This document shows, piece after piece, positions 28,101-40,576 of a stretch of DNA of 64,000 nt. The first letter of the stretch is position 1; every line of letters begins with the position of its first letter. The translations under genes were made by a program, and so were the position numbers. The notes beneath the pieces were generated by a model. That model saw only the letters and a list, made by a program, of their open reading frames with translations, was not told the DNA's origin and did not search any database. The stretch lies in the NCBI RefSeq assembly GCF_009914755.1, contig NC_060945.1; one strand, 5' to 3'. This DNA is from the human T2T-CHM13v2.0 reference genome, Homo sapiens.

Positions 28101-29640
28101 TCTGTGTAGTTTTTATTGGAAGATATTTCCTTTACCATAATAGGTCTCAAAGCGCTCCAAATATCTACTTGCAATTTCTAAAAAAAGAGTGTTTAAAAAC
28201 TGCTCAATCAAAAGAAAGGTTCAACTCTCTGAGATGAATGTACACGTCACACAGAAGTTTCTGAGAATGCTTCTGTGTAGTTTTTATTGGAAGATATTTC
28301 CTTTTCCTCCATATGTCAGAAAGGGCTCCAAATGTCCACTTGCAGATTCTACAAAAAGACAGATTCAAAACTGCTCAATGAAAAGAGAGGTTCAACACTC
28401 TGAGTTGAATACACACATCAATAATAAGTTTCTCAGAATGCTTCTGTATAGTATTTATGTGAAGATATTTCCTTTTCCACAATAAGCCTCAAAGCACTCC
28501 AAATATCCACTTGCAGATACTAGAAAGAGAGTGTTTCAAAACTGCTCAATCATAAGATAGGTTCAACCCTGTGAGATGAATGCACACATCACAAAGAAGT
28601 TTTTCAGAATGCTTCTGTGTAGTTTTTATGTGAAGATACTTGCTTTTCCGCAGTGAGCCTCAAAACCCTGCAAATACTGACTTGCAGATTCTACAAGAAC
28701 AGTGTTTGAAAACTGCTGAATCAAAAGAAAGTTGGAATTTCGTGTGATGAATGCATACATCACAAAGAAGTTTCTCAGAATGCTTCTGTGTAGTTTTTAT
28801 GTGAAGCTATTTCTTTGCCATAGTAGGCCTCAAAGCACTCCAAGTATCCACTTGCAGATTCTACAAAGAGAGTGTTTCAAAACTGCTTAATCATAAGATA
28901 GGTTCAACTCTGTGAGACGAAAACAAACATCACAAAGAAGTTTCTCAGAATACCTCTGTGTAGTTCTTATTTGAAGGTATTTCCTTTTCCTTCGTAGGTG
29001 GCATAGGGCTCCAATTATCCACTTGCAGATTCTACAAAAAAAGAGATGCAAAACTGCTTAATCAAAAGATAGGTTCAACTCTGTGAGTTGAATGCAAACA
29101 TCACAAAGATGTGTCTCAGAATGCTTCTCTGTAGTTTTTATGTGAACATATTTCCTTTTCCACAATAGGCCTCAAAGTGCTCCAAATATCCACTTGCAGA
29201 TACTACAAAAAGAGTGTTTCAAAACTGCTCAATGAAAAGAAAGGTTCAACTCTGTGAGATGAATGCACACATCACAAAGAAATTTCTCAATATGCTTCTG
29301 TGCAGTTTTTATGTGAACATATATGCTTTTCCACCGTAGGCCTCCAAGGGCTCCATATATCCACTTGCAGATTCTACAAAAACAGTGTTTCAAAACTGCT
29401 CAATCAAAATAAATGTTGAACACTGTGAGATTAATCCACACATCACAAAGAAGTTTCTCAGAATGTTTCTGTGTAGTTTTTATGTGAAGATATTTCCTTT
29501 CCCACAGTAGGCCTCAAAGCACTCCAAATATCCACTTGCAGATTCTAGAAAGAGAGTGTTTCAACACTGCTCAGTCATAAGATAGGTTCAACCCTGTGAG
29601 CTGAATGCACGCATCACAAAGAAGTGTCTCAGAATTCTTC

Positions 29641-32600
29641 TGACTAGTTTTTATATGAAGATATTTCCTTTTCCACCATAGGCCTTAAAGCGCTACAAAT
29701 GTACACTTGCATATCCTACAAAAAGTGTATTTCCTAACTGGTCCATCAAAAGAATGGTTCAAATCTGGGAGATGAATGCACACATAACAAAGAAGTCTTT
29801 CAGATTGCTTCTGTCTAGATTTTATGTGATGATATTTCCTTTTCTACCATAGGCCACAAAGCATTCCAAATGTCCACTTGCAGATACTACAAAAAGAGTG
29901 TTTCCAAACTGCTTCATCAAAAGAAATGTTCAACTCTGTGAGATGAACACAATCATCACAAAGAAGTTTGTCAGAATTCTTCTGTCTAGTTTTTATATGA
30001 AGATACTTCCTTTTCCACCTTAGGCCTAAAGGTGCTCACAATGTCCACTTGCAGATTCTACAAAAAGAGTATTTCAAAACTGTTCCACCAAAAGAAAGAT
30101 TCAACTCTGAGAGATGAATGCACACATCACAAAGAAGTTTCTCAGAATGTTTCTGCGTAGTTTTTATGTGAAGATATTTCCTTTTGCACTACAGGCCTCA
30201 AAGCACTCTAAATGTCCACTTGCAGATTCTACAAAAGAGAGTTTCAAAACTACTCAATGAAAATAAAGGTTTAACTCTTTGAGATGAATGCACACATCAC
30301 AAAGAATTTTCTGAGATTGCTTTTGTCTAGATTTTAAGTGAAGATACTTCCTTTTCTACAATAGGCCACAAAGCGATCCAAATGTCCATTTGTAGATTCT
30401 ACAAAAAGAGTGTTTCCAAACTGCTGATTCAAATGAAAGGTTCATCTTTGTGAGAAAGGCATAACACATCAAAAAAAGTTTCTTAGAATTATTCTGTCTA
30501 GTTTTTATGTGAAGATATGTCCTTTTCCACCAAAGGCCTCAAAAAGCTCCAAATGTCCACTTGCAGATTCTACAAAAAGAGAGTTTCAAAACTGCACAAT
30601 CAAAAGAAAGTGTTAACTCTGAGATGAACGCACACATCACAAAGAAGTTTCTCAGATTGCTTCTGTCTGGATTTTATGTGAAGGTATTTCCTTTTCTACA
30701 ATAGGCTGCAAAGCGCTCCAAATATCCACTTGCAGATTCTACAAAAAGAGTGTTTCCAAACTGCTCAATCAAAAGAAAATTTCAATTCTGTGAGATGAAC
30801 ACACACAACACAAAGAAGTTTCTCAGAATTCCTCTGTCTAGTTTTTATGTGAAGATATTTCCTTTTCCACCATAGGAGTCAAAACTCTGCAAATGTCCAC
30901 ATGCAGATTCTACAAAAAGAATGTTTCCAACCTGCTCAATCGAAAGAAAGTTCAACTCTGTGAGATGAACGCACACATCACAGAGTAATTTGTCAGAATT
31001 CTTCTGTGTAGTTTCTATTTGAAGATATTACCTTTTCCACCATAGGCCTCAAAGTGCTCCAAATATCCACTTTCAGATTCTGCAAAAAGAGAGTTTCAGA
31101 ACTGCTCTATCAAAAGAAAAGTTCAACTCTGTGAGATGGATGCACACATCCCAAAGAAATTTCTCAGATTGCTTTTGTCTAGATTTCATGTGAAGATATT
31201 TCCTTTTATACCATAGGCCAGAAAGCACTCCAAATGTCCATTTGCAGATTCTACAAAAAGACAGTTTCCAAAGTGTTCAATCAAAAGAAAAGTTCAACTC
31301 TGTAAGATGAACGCACACATCACAAAGAAGTTTCTCAGATCGCTTCTGTATAGATTTTATGTGAAGATATTTCCTTTTTTACCATAGGCCACAAGGTGCT
31401 ACAAATGTCCACTTGCAGATACTACAAAAAGAGCGTTTAAAAATTGCTCAATCAAAAGAAAGGTTCAACTCTGTGAGAATAACGCACACATCACAAAGAA
31501 GTTTCTCATAATTCTTCTGTCTAGTTTTTATGTGAAGATATTTCCTTTTCCACAATAGGCGTTAAAGAGCTCCAAATGTCCACTTGCAGATTCTACAAAA
31601 AGAGACTTTAAAAACTGCTCAACCAAAACAAAGGTTAAACTCTGTGAATGAATGCACACAACACAAAGAAGTTTCTCAGATTGCTTCTGTCTAGATTTTA
31701 TGTGAAGATATTTTCTTTTCTACCATAAGTTGCAAATCTCTCCAAATTTCTACTTGTAGATTCTACAAAAAGAGTGTGTCCAAACTGCTCAATAAAAAGG
31801 AAGGTTCAACTCTGTGAGATGAATGCACACATCACAAAGAAGTTTCTCAGAATTCTTCTGTCTAGTTTTTATGTGAGGATATTTCCTTTTCCAGCATCAG
31901 CCACAAAGCGCTCCAAATGTCCACTTGCAGATTCTACAAAAAGAGAGTTTCAATACTGCTCAATCAACAGAAAGTTTTAACTCTGTAAGATGAACGCACA
32001 CATCACGAAGAAGTTTCTCAGATTGCTTTTGTCTAGATTTTATGTGAAGATATTACCTTTTCTACCATAGACCGCAAAGTGCTCCAAATGTCCATTTGCA
32101 GATTCTACAAAAACATTGATTCCAAACTGCTCTATCAAAAGAACGGTTCAAATCTGTGAGATGAACGCACACATCAACAAGCAGTTTCTCAGAATTCTTC
32201 TCTCTAGTTTTTATGTGAAGATATTTCCTTTTCCACCATAGGCCTCAAAGCGCTCCAAATGTCCACTTGCAGATTCTACAAAAAGAGAGTTTCAAAACTA
32301 TTCTATCAAAAGAAGGGTTTCAGCCTGTGAGATGAATGCACACATCACAAAGCAGTTTCTCAGATTGCTTCTGTCTAGATTTTATGTGAAGATATTTCCT
32401 TTTCTACCATAGGCCACAAAGCTTTCCAAATATCCACTTGCAGATTCTACAAAAAGAGTGTTTCCAAACTGTTCAATCAAAAGAAAGTTTCAACTCTTTG
32501 AGATGAACGCACACATCACAAAGAAGTTTCTCGGAATTCTTCTGCCTAGTTTCTATGTGAAGACATTTCCTTTACCACCATATTCCTCAAAGAGCTCCAA

Positions 32601-35446
32601 ATGTCCACTTGTAGATTTTAAAAAAAGAGTTTCATAAATGCTCAATCAAAAGAAAGTTTTAACTCTGTGAGATGAATGCTGACATCACAAAGAAGTTTCT
32701 CAGATTGCTTCTGTCTAGATTTTATGTTAAGATATTTCCTTTTCTACTGAAGACTGCAAAGCGCACCTAATGCCCACTTGCAGATTCTGCAAAAAGAGTG
32801 TTTCCAAACTGCTCAATGAAAAGAAAGGTTCAGCTCTGTGAGAAGAACGTACACATCACAATGTAGATTCTCAGAATTCTTTTGTCTAGTTTTTATATGA
32901 ACATATCTCGGTTTCTACCATAGGCTTCAAAGTGTTCCAAATGTCCACTTGCAGAATCTACAAAAAGAGAGATTCAAAACTGCTTAAGCAAACATACGAT
33001 TAATTTTGTGAGATGCATGCACACATCACAAAGAAGTTTCTCAGATTGCTTATGTCTACATTTAAGGTGAAGATATTTTCTTTTCTACCAGAGGAAGCAA
33101 AGCGCTTCAAATGTCCACTTGCAGATTCTACAAAAAGAGTGTTTCAAAACTGCTCAATGAAAAGAAAGGTTCAATCCTGTGAGATGAATGCACACATCAC
33201 AAAGAAGTTTCTCAGAATTCTTCTGTCTGGCTTTTATGTGAAGATATTTCCTTTTCCACCATAGGCCTCAAAACGCTCCAAATGTCCACTTGAAGATTCT
33301 ACAAAAAGAGATTTCAAAACTGCTCAAACAAAACTTTAACTCTGTGAGATGAATGCACACATCACAAAGTAGTTTCTCAGATTGTTTCTGTCTAGATTTT
33401 ATGTGAAGATATTTCCTTTTCTACCATAGTCTGCAAAGCACTCCAAATATCCACTTCCAGATTCTACAAAAAGAGTGTTTCCAAACTGCTGAGTCAAAAT
33501 AAAGGTTCAACTCTGTGGGATGTAAGCACAAATCACGAAGAAGTTTCTCAGAATTATTCTGCCTCGTTTTTGTGTGAAGATATTTCCTTTTCCACCATAG
33601 GCCTCAAAGTGCTCCAAATGTCCACTTGCAGATTGTACAAAAAGAGAGTTTCAAAACTGCTCAATCAAAAGACAGCTTTAACTCTGTGAGATGAATGCAC
33701 ACATCACAAAGAAGTTTCTCAGATTGCTTCTGCCTAGATTTTATGTGAAGATATTTCCTTTTCTACTATAGGCCATAAAGCATTCCGAAAGTCCACTTGC
33801 GGATTCTACAAAAAGAGTGTTTCCAAACTACTCAATCAAAAGAACGTTTCAACTCTGTGAGATGAAGGCACACATCACAAAGAAGTTTCTCGGAATTCTT
33901 CTGTCTAATTTTTATGTGAAGACATTTCATTCTCCACCATAGGCCTCATGGCTGTCGAAATGTCCACTTGCAGATTCTACAAAAAGAGTATTTCAAAACT
34001 GGTCCATCAAAAGAAAGTTTCAACTCTGTGAGATGAATGCACCCATCACGAAGAAGTTTCTCAGAATGTTTCCATCTAGGTTTATGTGAAGATATTTCCT
34101 TTTCCACCACAGGTCTCAAAGCGCTCCAAATGTCCACATGAAGATTCTACAAAAAGAGAGTTTCAAAACTGCTCAGTCAAACAAAGGGTTAACTCTGTGA
34201 GATGAATGCACACATCACAAAGAAGTTTCTCAGATTGCTTCTGTCTAGATTTTATGTGAAGGTATTTCCTTTTCTACCATAGGCCACCAAGTGCTCCAAA
34301 TGCTCACCTGCAGATTCTACAAAAACAGTGTTTCCAAACTGCTCAATCCAAAGAAAGTTTCAACTCTGTGAGATGAACATACACATCACAAAGAAGTTTC
34401 TCAGAATGCTTCTGTATAGTTTTTTATGTGAAGATATTTCCTTTTCTACCATAGGCCACAAAGCGCTCCAAATGTCCACTTGCAGATTCTACAAAAAGAG
34501 TGTTTCCAAACTGCTCAATGAAAAGAAAGGTTCAATCCTGTGAGATTAACGCACACATCACAAAGAAGTTTCTTGGAATTCTACTGTCTAGTTTTTCTGT
34601 TAAGATATTTCCTTTTCCACCATAGGCCTCAAATCGCTCCAAATGTCCACTTGCAGATTCTAGAAAAATAGACTTTCAAAACTTCTCAATGAAAAGAAAA
34701 GTTTATCTCTGTGGGATGAATGCACACATCACAAAGTAGTTTTTCAGATTGCCTCTGTCTAGATTTTGTGTGAAGATATTTGCTTTTCCACCATAGACCT
34801 CAAAGCGTTCCAAATGTCCTCTTGCAGGTGGTACAAAAATAGAGTTTCAAAACTGCTTCATCAAAACAACGGTTTAATTCTGTCAGATGAATGTACACAT
34901 CACAAAGAAGTTTCTCAGATTGCTTCTGTCTAGATTTTATGTGAAGATATTTCATTTTCTGTCATAGGCCGTAAAGCGCTCCAAATGTCCAGTTGCAGAT
35001 TCTACAAAAAGAGTCTTTCCAAACTGCTGACTCAAAAGAAAGTTTCAACTCTGTGAGATGAACGCATACATCACAAAGAAGTTTCTCAGAATTATTCTGT
35101 CTAGTTTTTATGGGAAGATATTTCCATTTCAACCATTGGCCTCAATGCGCTCCAAATGTCCACTTGCAGATTCTACAAAAAGAGAGTTTGAAAACTGCTA
35201 AATCAAAAGAAATATTGAAGTCTGTGAGATGACTGTGCATATCACAAAGAAATTTCTCAGATTACTTCTGTCTAGATTTTATGTGAATATATTCCCTTTT
35301 TTACCAAAGGCCGCAAAGCGCTCGAAATGACAATTTGCAGATTCTACAAAAAGTGTGTTTGCAAACTGCTAAATCAAAAGGAATGTTCAACTCTGTGAGA
35401 TGAACACACACATCACAAAGTTGTTTCTCAGAATATTTCTGCCTAG
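29641..35446 (-). repeat. Alpha satellite, layer C, dimeric (alternating CTCAGATTGC..TCTAGATTTT and CTCAGAATTC..TCTAGTTTTT monomers; CAAATGTCC)
   Basis: Alternation visible e.g. 31680/31850/32020/32190/32360/32530; start approximate. Confidence 0.88.
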
Positions 35447-36335
35447 TTTATTTTTATTTATTTTTATTTTTTATTATTATACTTTAAGTTTTAGGGTACA
35501 TGTGCACATCGTTCAGGTTAGTTACATATATATACATGTGCCATGCTGGTGCGCTGCACCCACTAACTCGTCATCTAGTATTAGGTGTATCTCCCAATGC
35601 TATCCCTCCCCCCTCCCCCCACCCCACAACAGTCCCCAGAGTGTGATGTTCCCCTTCCTGTGTCCATGTGTTCTCATTGTTCAATTCCCACTTATGAGTG
35701 AGAATATGCGGTGTTTGGTTTTTTGTTCTTGTGATAGTTTACTGAGAATGATGATTTTCAATTTCATCCATGTCCCTACAAAGGACATGAACTCATCATT
35801 TTTTATGGCTGCATAGTATTCCATGGTGTATACGTGCCACATTTTCTTAATCCAGTCTATCATTGTTGGACATTTGGCTTGGTTCCAAGTCTTTGCTATT
35901 GTGAATAATGCCGCAATAAACATACGTGTGCATGTGTCTTTATAGCAGCATGATTTGTAGTCCTTTGGGCATATACCCAGTAAGGGGATGGCTGGGTCAA
36001 ATGGTATTTCCAGTTCTAGATCCCTGAGGAATTGCCACACTGACTTCCACAATGGTTGAACTAGTTTACAGTCCCACCAACAGTGTAAAAGTGTTCCTAT
36101 TTCTCCACATCCTCTCCAGCACCTGTTGTTTCCTGATTTTTTAATGATTGCCATTGTAACTGGTGTGGGATGATATCTCATTGTGGTTTTGATTTGCATT
36201 TCTCTGATGGCCAGTGATGATGAGCATTTTTTCATGTGTCTTTTGGCGCATAAATGTCTTCTTTTGAGAAGTGTCTGTTCATGTCCTTCGCCCACTTTTT
36301 GATGGGGTTGTTTGTTGTTTTCTTGTAAATTTGTT
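35447..36335 (-). mobile_element. LINE-1 3' fragment (~0.9 kb, L1PA2/L1PA3-like), 5'-truncated, minus strand
   Basis: T-rich tail tttatttttatttatttttattttttattattatactttaagttttagggtacatgtgcac...; reverse-complement L1 3'UTR and ORF2 end through ...gatggggttgtttg...cttgtaaatttgtt. Confidence 0.97.
35800..36295 (-). pseudogene. Remnant of the L1 ORF2p C-terminal (cysteine-rich) region inside the truncated L1
   Basis: ORF 35681..36295(-) contains [23 protein letters not shown]...[32 protein letters not shown]...MEYYAAIKNDEFMSF, typical of the L1 ORF2p C-terminus; no endonuclease/RT domains or promoter; boundaries approximate. Confidence 0.9.
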
Positions 36336-37049
36336 ATTTGAATATATTTCCTTTTCCACCATAGACCTCAAAGCGTTACAAATGTCCACTTGCAGATCGT
36401 ACAAAGATAGTTTCAAAACTACTTCATCAAAAGAAAGGTTTAACTCTGTCAGATGAATTCTCACATCAGAAAGAATTTTCTCAGATTGCTTCTGTCTAGA
36501 TTTTATGTGAAGATATTTCCTTTTCTGCCACAGGCCACAAAGTGCTCCAAATGTCCACTTGCAGATTCAACAAAAAGAGTGTTTCCAAATGACCCAAACA
36601 AAAGAAAGTTTCAACTCTGTGAGAGGAATGCACACATCACAAAGTAGTTTCTCAGAATTTGTCTTTCTAGTTTTTATGAGAAGATAATTCCTTTTTCACC
36701 ATAGGTCTCAAAGCCTTCCAAATGTACAAATGCAGATTCGACAAAAAGAGAGTTTGAAAACTGCTCAATCAAAAGAAAGGGTTAACTCTGTGAGATGAAT
36801 ACACAAATCACAAAGAAGTTTCACAGATTGCTTCTGTCTAGATTTTATGTGAAGATATTTCCTTTTCTACCATAGACTGTAAAGTGCTCCAAATGTTCAC
36901 CTGCAGATTCTACAAAAAGAGTGTTTCCAAAATGCTCAATCCAAAGAAAGGTTCAACTCTGTGAGATGAACATACACATCACACAGAAGTTTCCCAGAAT
37001 GCTTCTATATAGTTTTTATGTGAAGATATTTCCTTTTCTACCATAGGCC
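36336..37049 (-). repeat. Alpha satellite, layer C continued
   Basis: Same dimeric diagnostics (tcagattgcttctgtctagatttt at ~36481, ~36825). Confidence 0.88.
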
Positions 37050-40000
37050 ACTCCGTGAGATGAATGCACACATCACAAAGAAGTGTGTCAGAATGCTTCT
37101 GTCTAGTTATTACGTAAAGATACTTCCTTTTCCACCAGACACCAAAAAGCGCTCCAAATGTCCACTTGCAGATTCTACAAAAAGAGTGTTTCAAAGCTGC
37201 TCAATCAAAAGAAAGTTCAACTCTGTGAGATGAATGCACACATCAAAAAGAAGTTTGTCAGAATGCTTCTGTCTGGTTTTTATGTGAAGATATTACCCTT
37301 TCCACCATGGGCCTCAAGGCGCTCCAAATGTCCACATCCAGATTCTACAAAAAGAGCTTTTGAAAGCTGGTCAATCAAAAGAAAGTTTCAACTCTGTGAG
37401 ATGAATGCACACATCACAAAGAAGTTTGTCACAATGCTTCTGTCTAGTTTTTATGTGAAGATTTTTCCTTTTCCACCATTGGTCTCACAGCACTCCAAAT
37501 GTCCACTTGCAGATTCTACAATAACAGTGTTTCAAAGCTGCTCAATGAAAAGTAAGGTTCAACTTTGTGAGATGAATGCACACATGATGAAGACATTTGT
37601 CAAGATGTTTCTGTCTAGTTCTCATGTGAAGATATTTCCTTTTCCACCATAGGCTTCAAATCACTCCAAACGTCCACTTGCAAATAGTACAAAAAGCGTC
37701 TTTCAAAACTCCTCAATCAAAAGTAAGATTCAATTCTGTGAGATGAATGCACACATCACAAAGAAGTTTGGTAGAATGCTTCTGTCTAGTTTTTATGTGA
37801 AGATATTTCCTTTTCCACCATAGGCCTCAAAGTGTTCCAAATGACCACTTGCAGATCCTACAAAAAGAGTGTTTCAAAGCTGCTCAATCTAAAGAAAGGT
37901 TCAACTCTGTGGGATGAATGCACACATCACAAAGAAATTTCTCACCATGCTTGTGTCTAGTTATTAAAGGAAGATATTTCGTTATCCACCATAGGAATCA
38001 AGTTGCTCCAAATGTCTACTTGCAGATTCTACAAAAAGAGTGTTTCAAAACTGCTCAATGAAAAGTAAGTTTCAACCCTGTGACATGAATGCACACATCA
38101 GAAATAAGCTTGTCGGAATGCTTCTGAGTAGTTTTTATGTGAAGATATTTCCTTTTCCACCATATGCCTCAAAGCGCCCCAAATGACCACATGAAGATTC
38201 TGCAAAAAGGGTTTCAAAACTGCTCAACGTAAAGTAAGGTTCAACTCTGTGAGATGAATGCACAAATCACAAAGAAGTTTGTCAGAATTCTTCTGTCTAG
38301 TTTTTACGTTATTTCCTTTTCCACCATAGGCCTCAACGTGCGCAAAATGTCCACTCAGATTCTACAAAAATGGTGTTTCAAAGTTGCTCAATCAAAAGAA
38401 ATGTTCAACTCTGTGAGATGAATGTACCCGTCACAAAGGAGTTTGACAGAATGCTTCTGCATAGTTTTTATGTGAAGGTATTCCTTTTCCACCATTGGCC
38501 TCAAAGCACTCCACATGTCCGCTTGCAGTTTCTACAAAAAGAGTGTTTCAAAACTGCTCAATCAAAAGAAAGGTCCAATTCTGTGAGATGAATGCACACA
38601 TCACAAAATTTTTTCAGAATGCTTCTGTCTAGTTTTTATGTGAAGATATTTCATTTTCCACCATAGGCCTCAAAGCGCTCCAAATGTCTACGTGCAGATC
38701 CTACAAAAAGAGTGTTTCAAATTGGTCATTCAAAACTAATTTTCAACTCCATAAGATGAATGCACCCATTATGACGAAGTTTGTCAGAATCTTTCTCTAT
38801 AGTTTTTATGTGAAGATATTTCCTTTTCCGCCATAGGTCTCAAAGCACTCCAAAAGTTTACTTGCAGATTCTACAAAAACAGTGTTTTTAAGCTGCTCAA
38901 ACAAAAGAAAAGTTCAACTCCGTGAGATGAATGCACACATCACAAAGAAGTTTTTCATTATGCTTATGTCTAGTTTTTATGTGAAGATATTTCCTTTTCC
39001 ATCATAGTCCTCAAAGTGCTCCAAATGTCCAGTTGCAGATTTTACAAAAAGAGTGTTTCAAAACTGCTCAATCAAAAGAAAATTTCAACTCTGTGACATG
39101 AATGCACACATCACAAAGAAATCTCTCAGAATGCTTCTGTCTAATTTTTAATTGAAGATATTTATTTTTCCACCATAGGCCTCAAAGCACTCAAATGTCC
39201 ACTTGCTGATTCTACAAAAAGAGGGTTTCCAAACTACTCAATCAAAAGAAAGGTTCAACTCTGTGAGATAAATGCACACATCACAAAGTAATTTGTCAGA
39301 ATGCTTCTGTCTAGTTTTTATGTGAAGATATTTCCTTCTCCACCATAGGCCTCAAAGCACTCCAAATATCCACTTCCAGATAGTACAAAAAGGGTGTTTC
39401 AAAACTGCTCAATCAAAAGCAATGTTCAACTCTCTGAGATGAATGCACACATCACAAAGAAGTACCTCAGAAAGCTTCTGTCTAGTTTTAATGTGAAGAT
39501 ATTTCCTTTTCCAACATAGGCCTCTTAGGGGCCAAATGTCCACGTGGAAATTCTACAAAGAGTGTTTCAAAACTGCTCAATCAAAAGAAAGATTCAACTC
39601 TGTGAGATGAATGATCACATCACAAAGAATTTTCTAAGAATGATCCTGTCTAGATTTTTTGTGAAGTTTTTACCTTTTCGACAATAGGCCTCAAAGCGCT
39701 CCAAGTGTACACTTGCAGATTCTACAAAAAGAGTTTTTCAAAACTGTTCAATGCAAAGGAAGTTTCAACTCCATGAGATGAATGCACACATCACAAAGGA
39801 GTTTGTCAGAATGTTTCAGAATAGTTTTTATGTGAAGATATTTCCTTTTGCACCATCGGTTGCAAAGCCCTCCAAATGTCCATTTGCAGATTCTACAGAG
39901 AGTGTTTCAAAACTGGTCAATCAAGGCCGGGCACGGTGGCTCACGCCTGTAATCCCAGCACTTTGGGAGGCCGAGGCGGGTGGATCATGAGGTCAGGAGA

Positions 40001-40576
40001 TCGAGACCATCCTGGCTAAAACGGTGAAACCCCGTCTCTACTAAAAATACAAAAAATTAGCCGGGCGCGGTGGCGGGTGCCTGTAGTCCCAGCTACTCGG
40101 GAGGCTGAGGCAGGAGAATGGCGTGAACCTGGGAAGCGGAGCTTGCGGTGAGCCGAGATTGCGCCACTGCAGTCCGCAGTCTGACCTGGGCGACAGAGCG
40201 AGACTCCGTCTCAAAAAAAAAAAAAAAAAAAAAAAAACTGGTCAATCAAAAGAATGGTTCAACTCTGAGATGAATGCACACATCACAAAGAAGTTTGTCA
40301 GAATGTTTCTGTCTAGTTCCTAAGTGAAGATACTTCCTTTTCGACCATAGGCCTCATAGCGCTCCAAATATCCACTTGCAGATTCTACAGAGAGTTACCA
40401 AATTACTCAATCAAAAGAAATGTTCAACTCTGTGAAATGAGTGCACACATCTCAAAGAAATTTGTTAGAATGCTTCTGTCTAGTTTTTATGTGAAGATAT
40501 TTCCTTATCCACCATAGGCCTCAAAGCACTCCAAAAGTCCACTTGCAGATAGCACAAAAATTGTGTTTCAGAACTG
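37050..40576 (-). repeat. Alpha satellite, layer D (AAGTTTGTCAGAATG, AAGTAAGG, TTTCAAAGCTG variants)
   Basis: Diagnostic gtttgtcaga appears right after a truncated monomer at ~37049; interrupted by the Alu. Confidence 0.88.
39925..40237 (+). mobile_element. Full-length Alu, AluYb lineage (Yb8-like), A25 tail, 16-bp TSD AAAACTGGTCAATCAA
   Basis: ggccgggcacggtggctcacgcctgtaatcccagc...; Yb 7-bp duplication gcagtccgcagtc; Yb-type ggtggatcatgagg, gggaagcggag, gagattgcgcc; TSD at 39909-39924 and 40234-40249. Confidence 0.96.

Larger units (their letters stand above)
3960..29640 (-). repeat. Alpha satellite, layer B (TCTGTGTAG, frequent AAGATAGG and GAGAGATTC variants, CAAATATCC)
   Basis: Continuous ~171-bp monomers with diagnostic variants differing from layers A and C; boundaries approximate. 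Confidence 0.93.

Noticed and set aside
35400-35816. 138-aa ORF (and similar 120-aa ORF at 3607-3969) with YYYTLSFRVHVHIVQV...
   Set aside because: Antisense translation of the L1 3'UTR, a common spurious ORF.
35681-36295. 204-aa ORF as a functional CDS
   Set aside because: Only the C-terminal end of L1 ORF2p in a 5'-truncated, promoterless insertion.
39751-40323. ORFs containing [20 protein letters not shown] and poly-K
   Set aside because: Alu-derived translation and the poly(A) tail.
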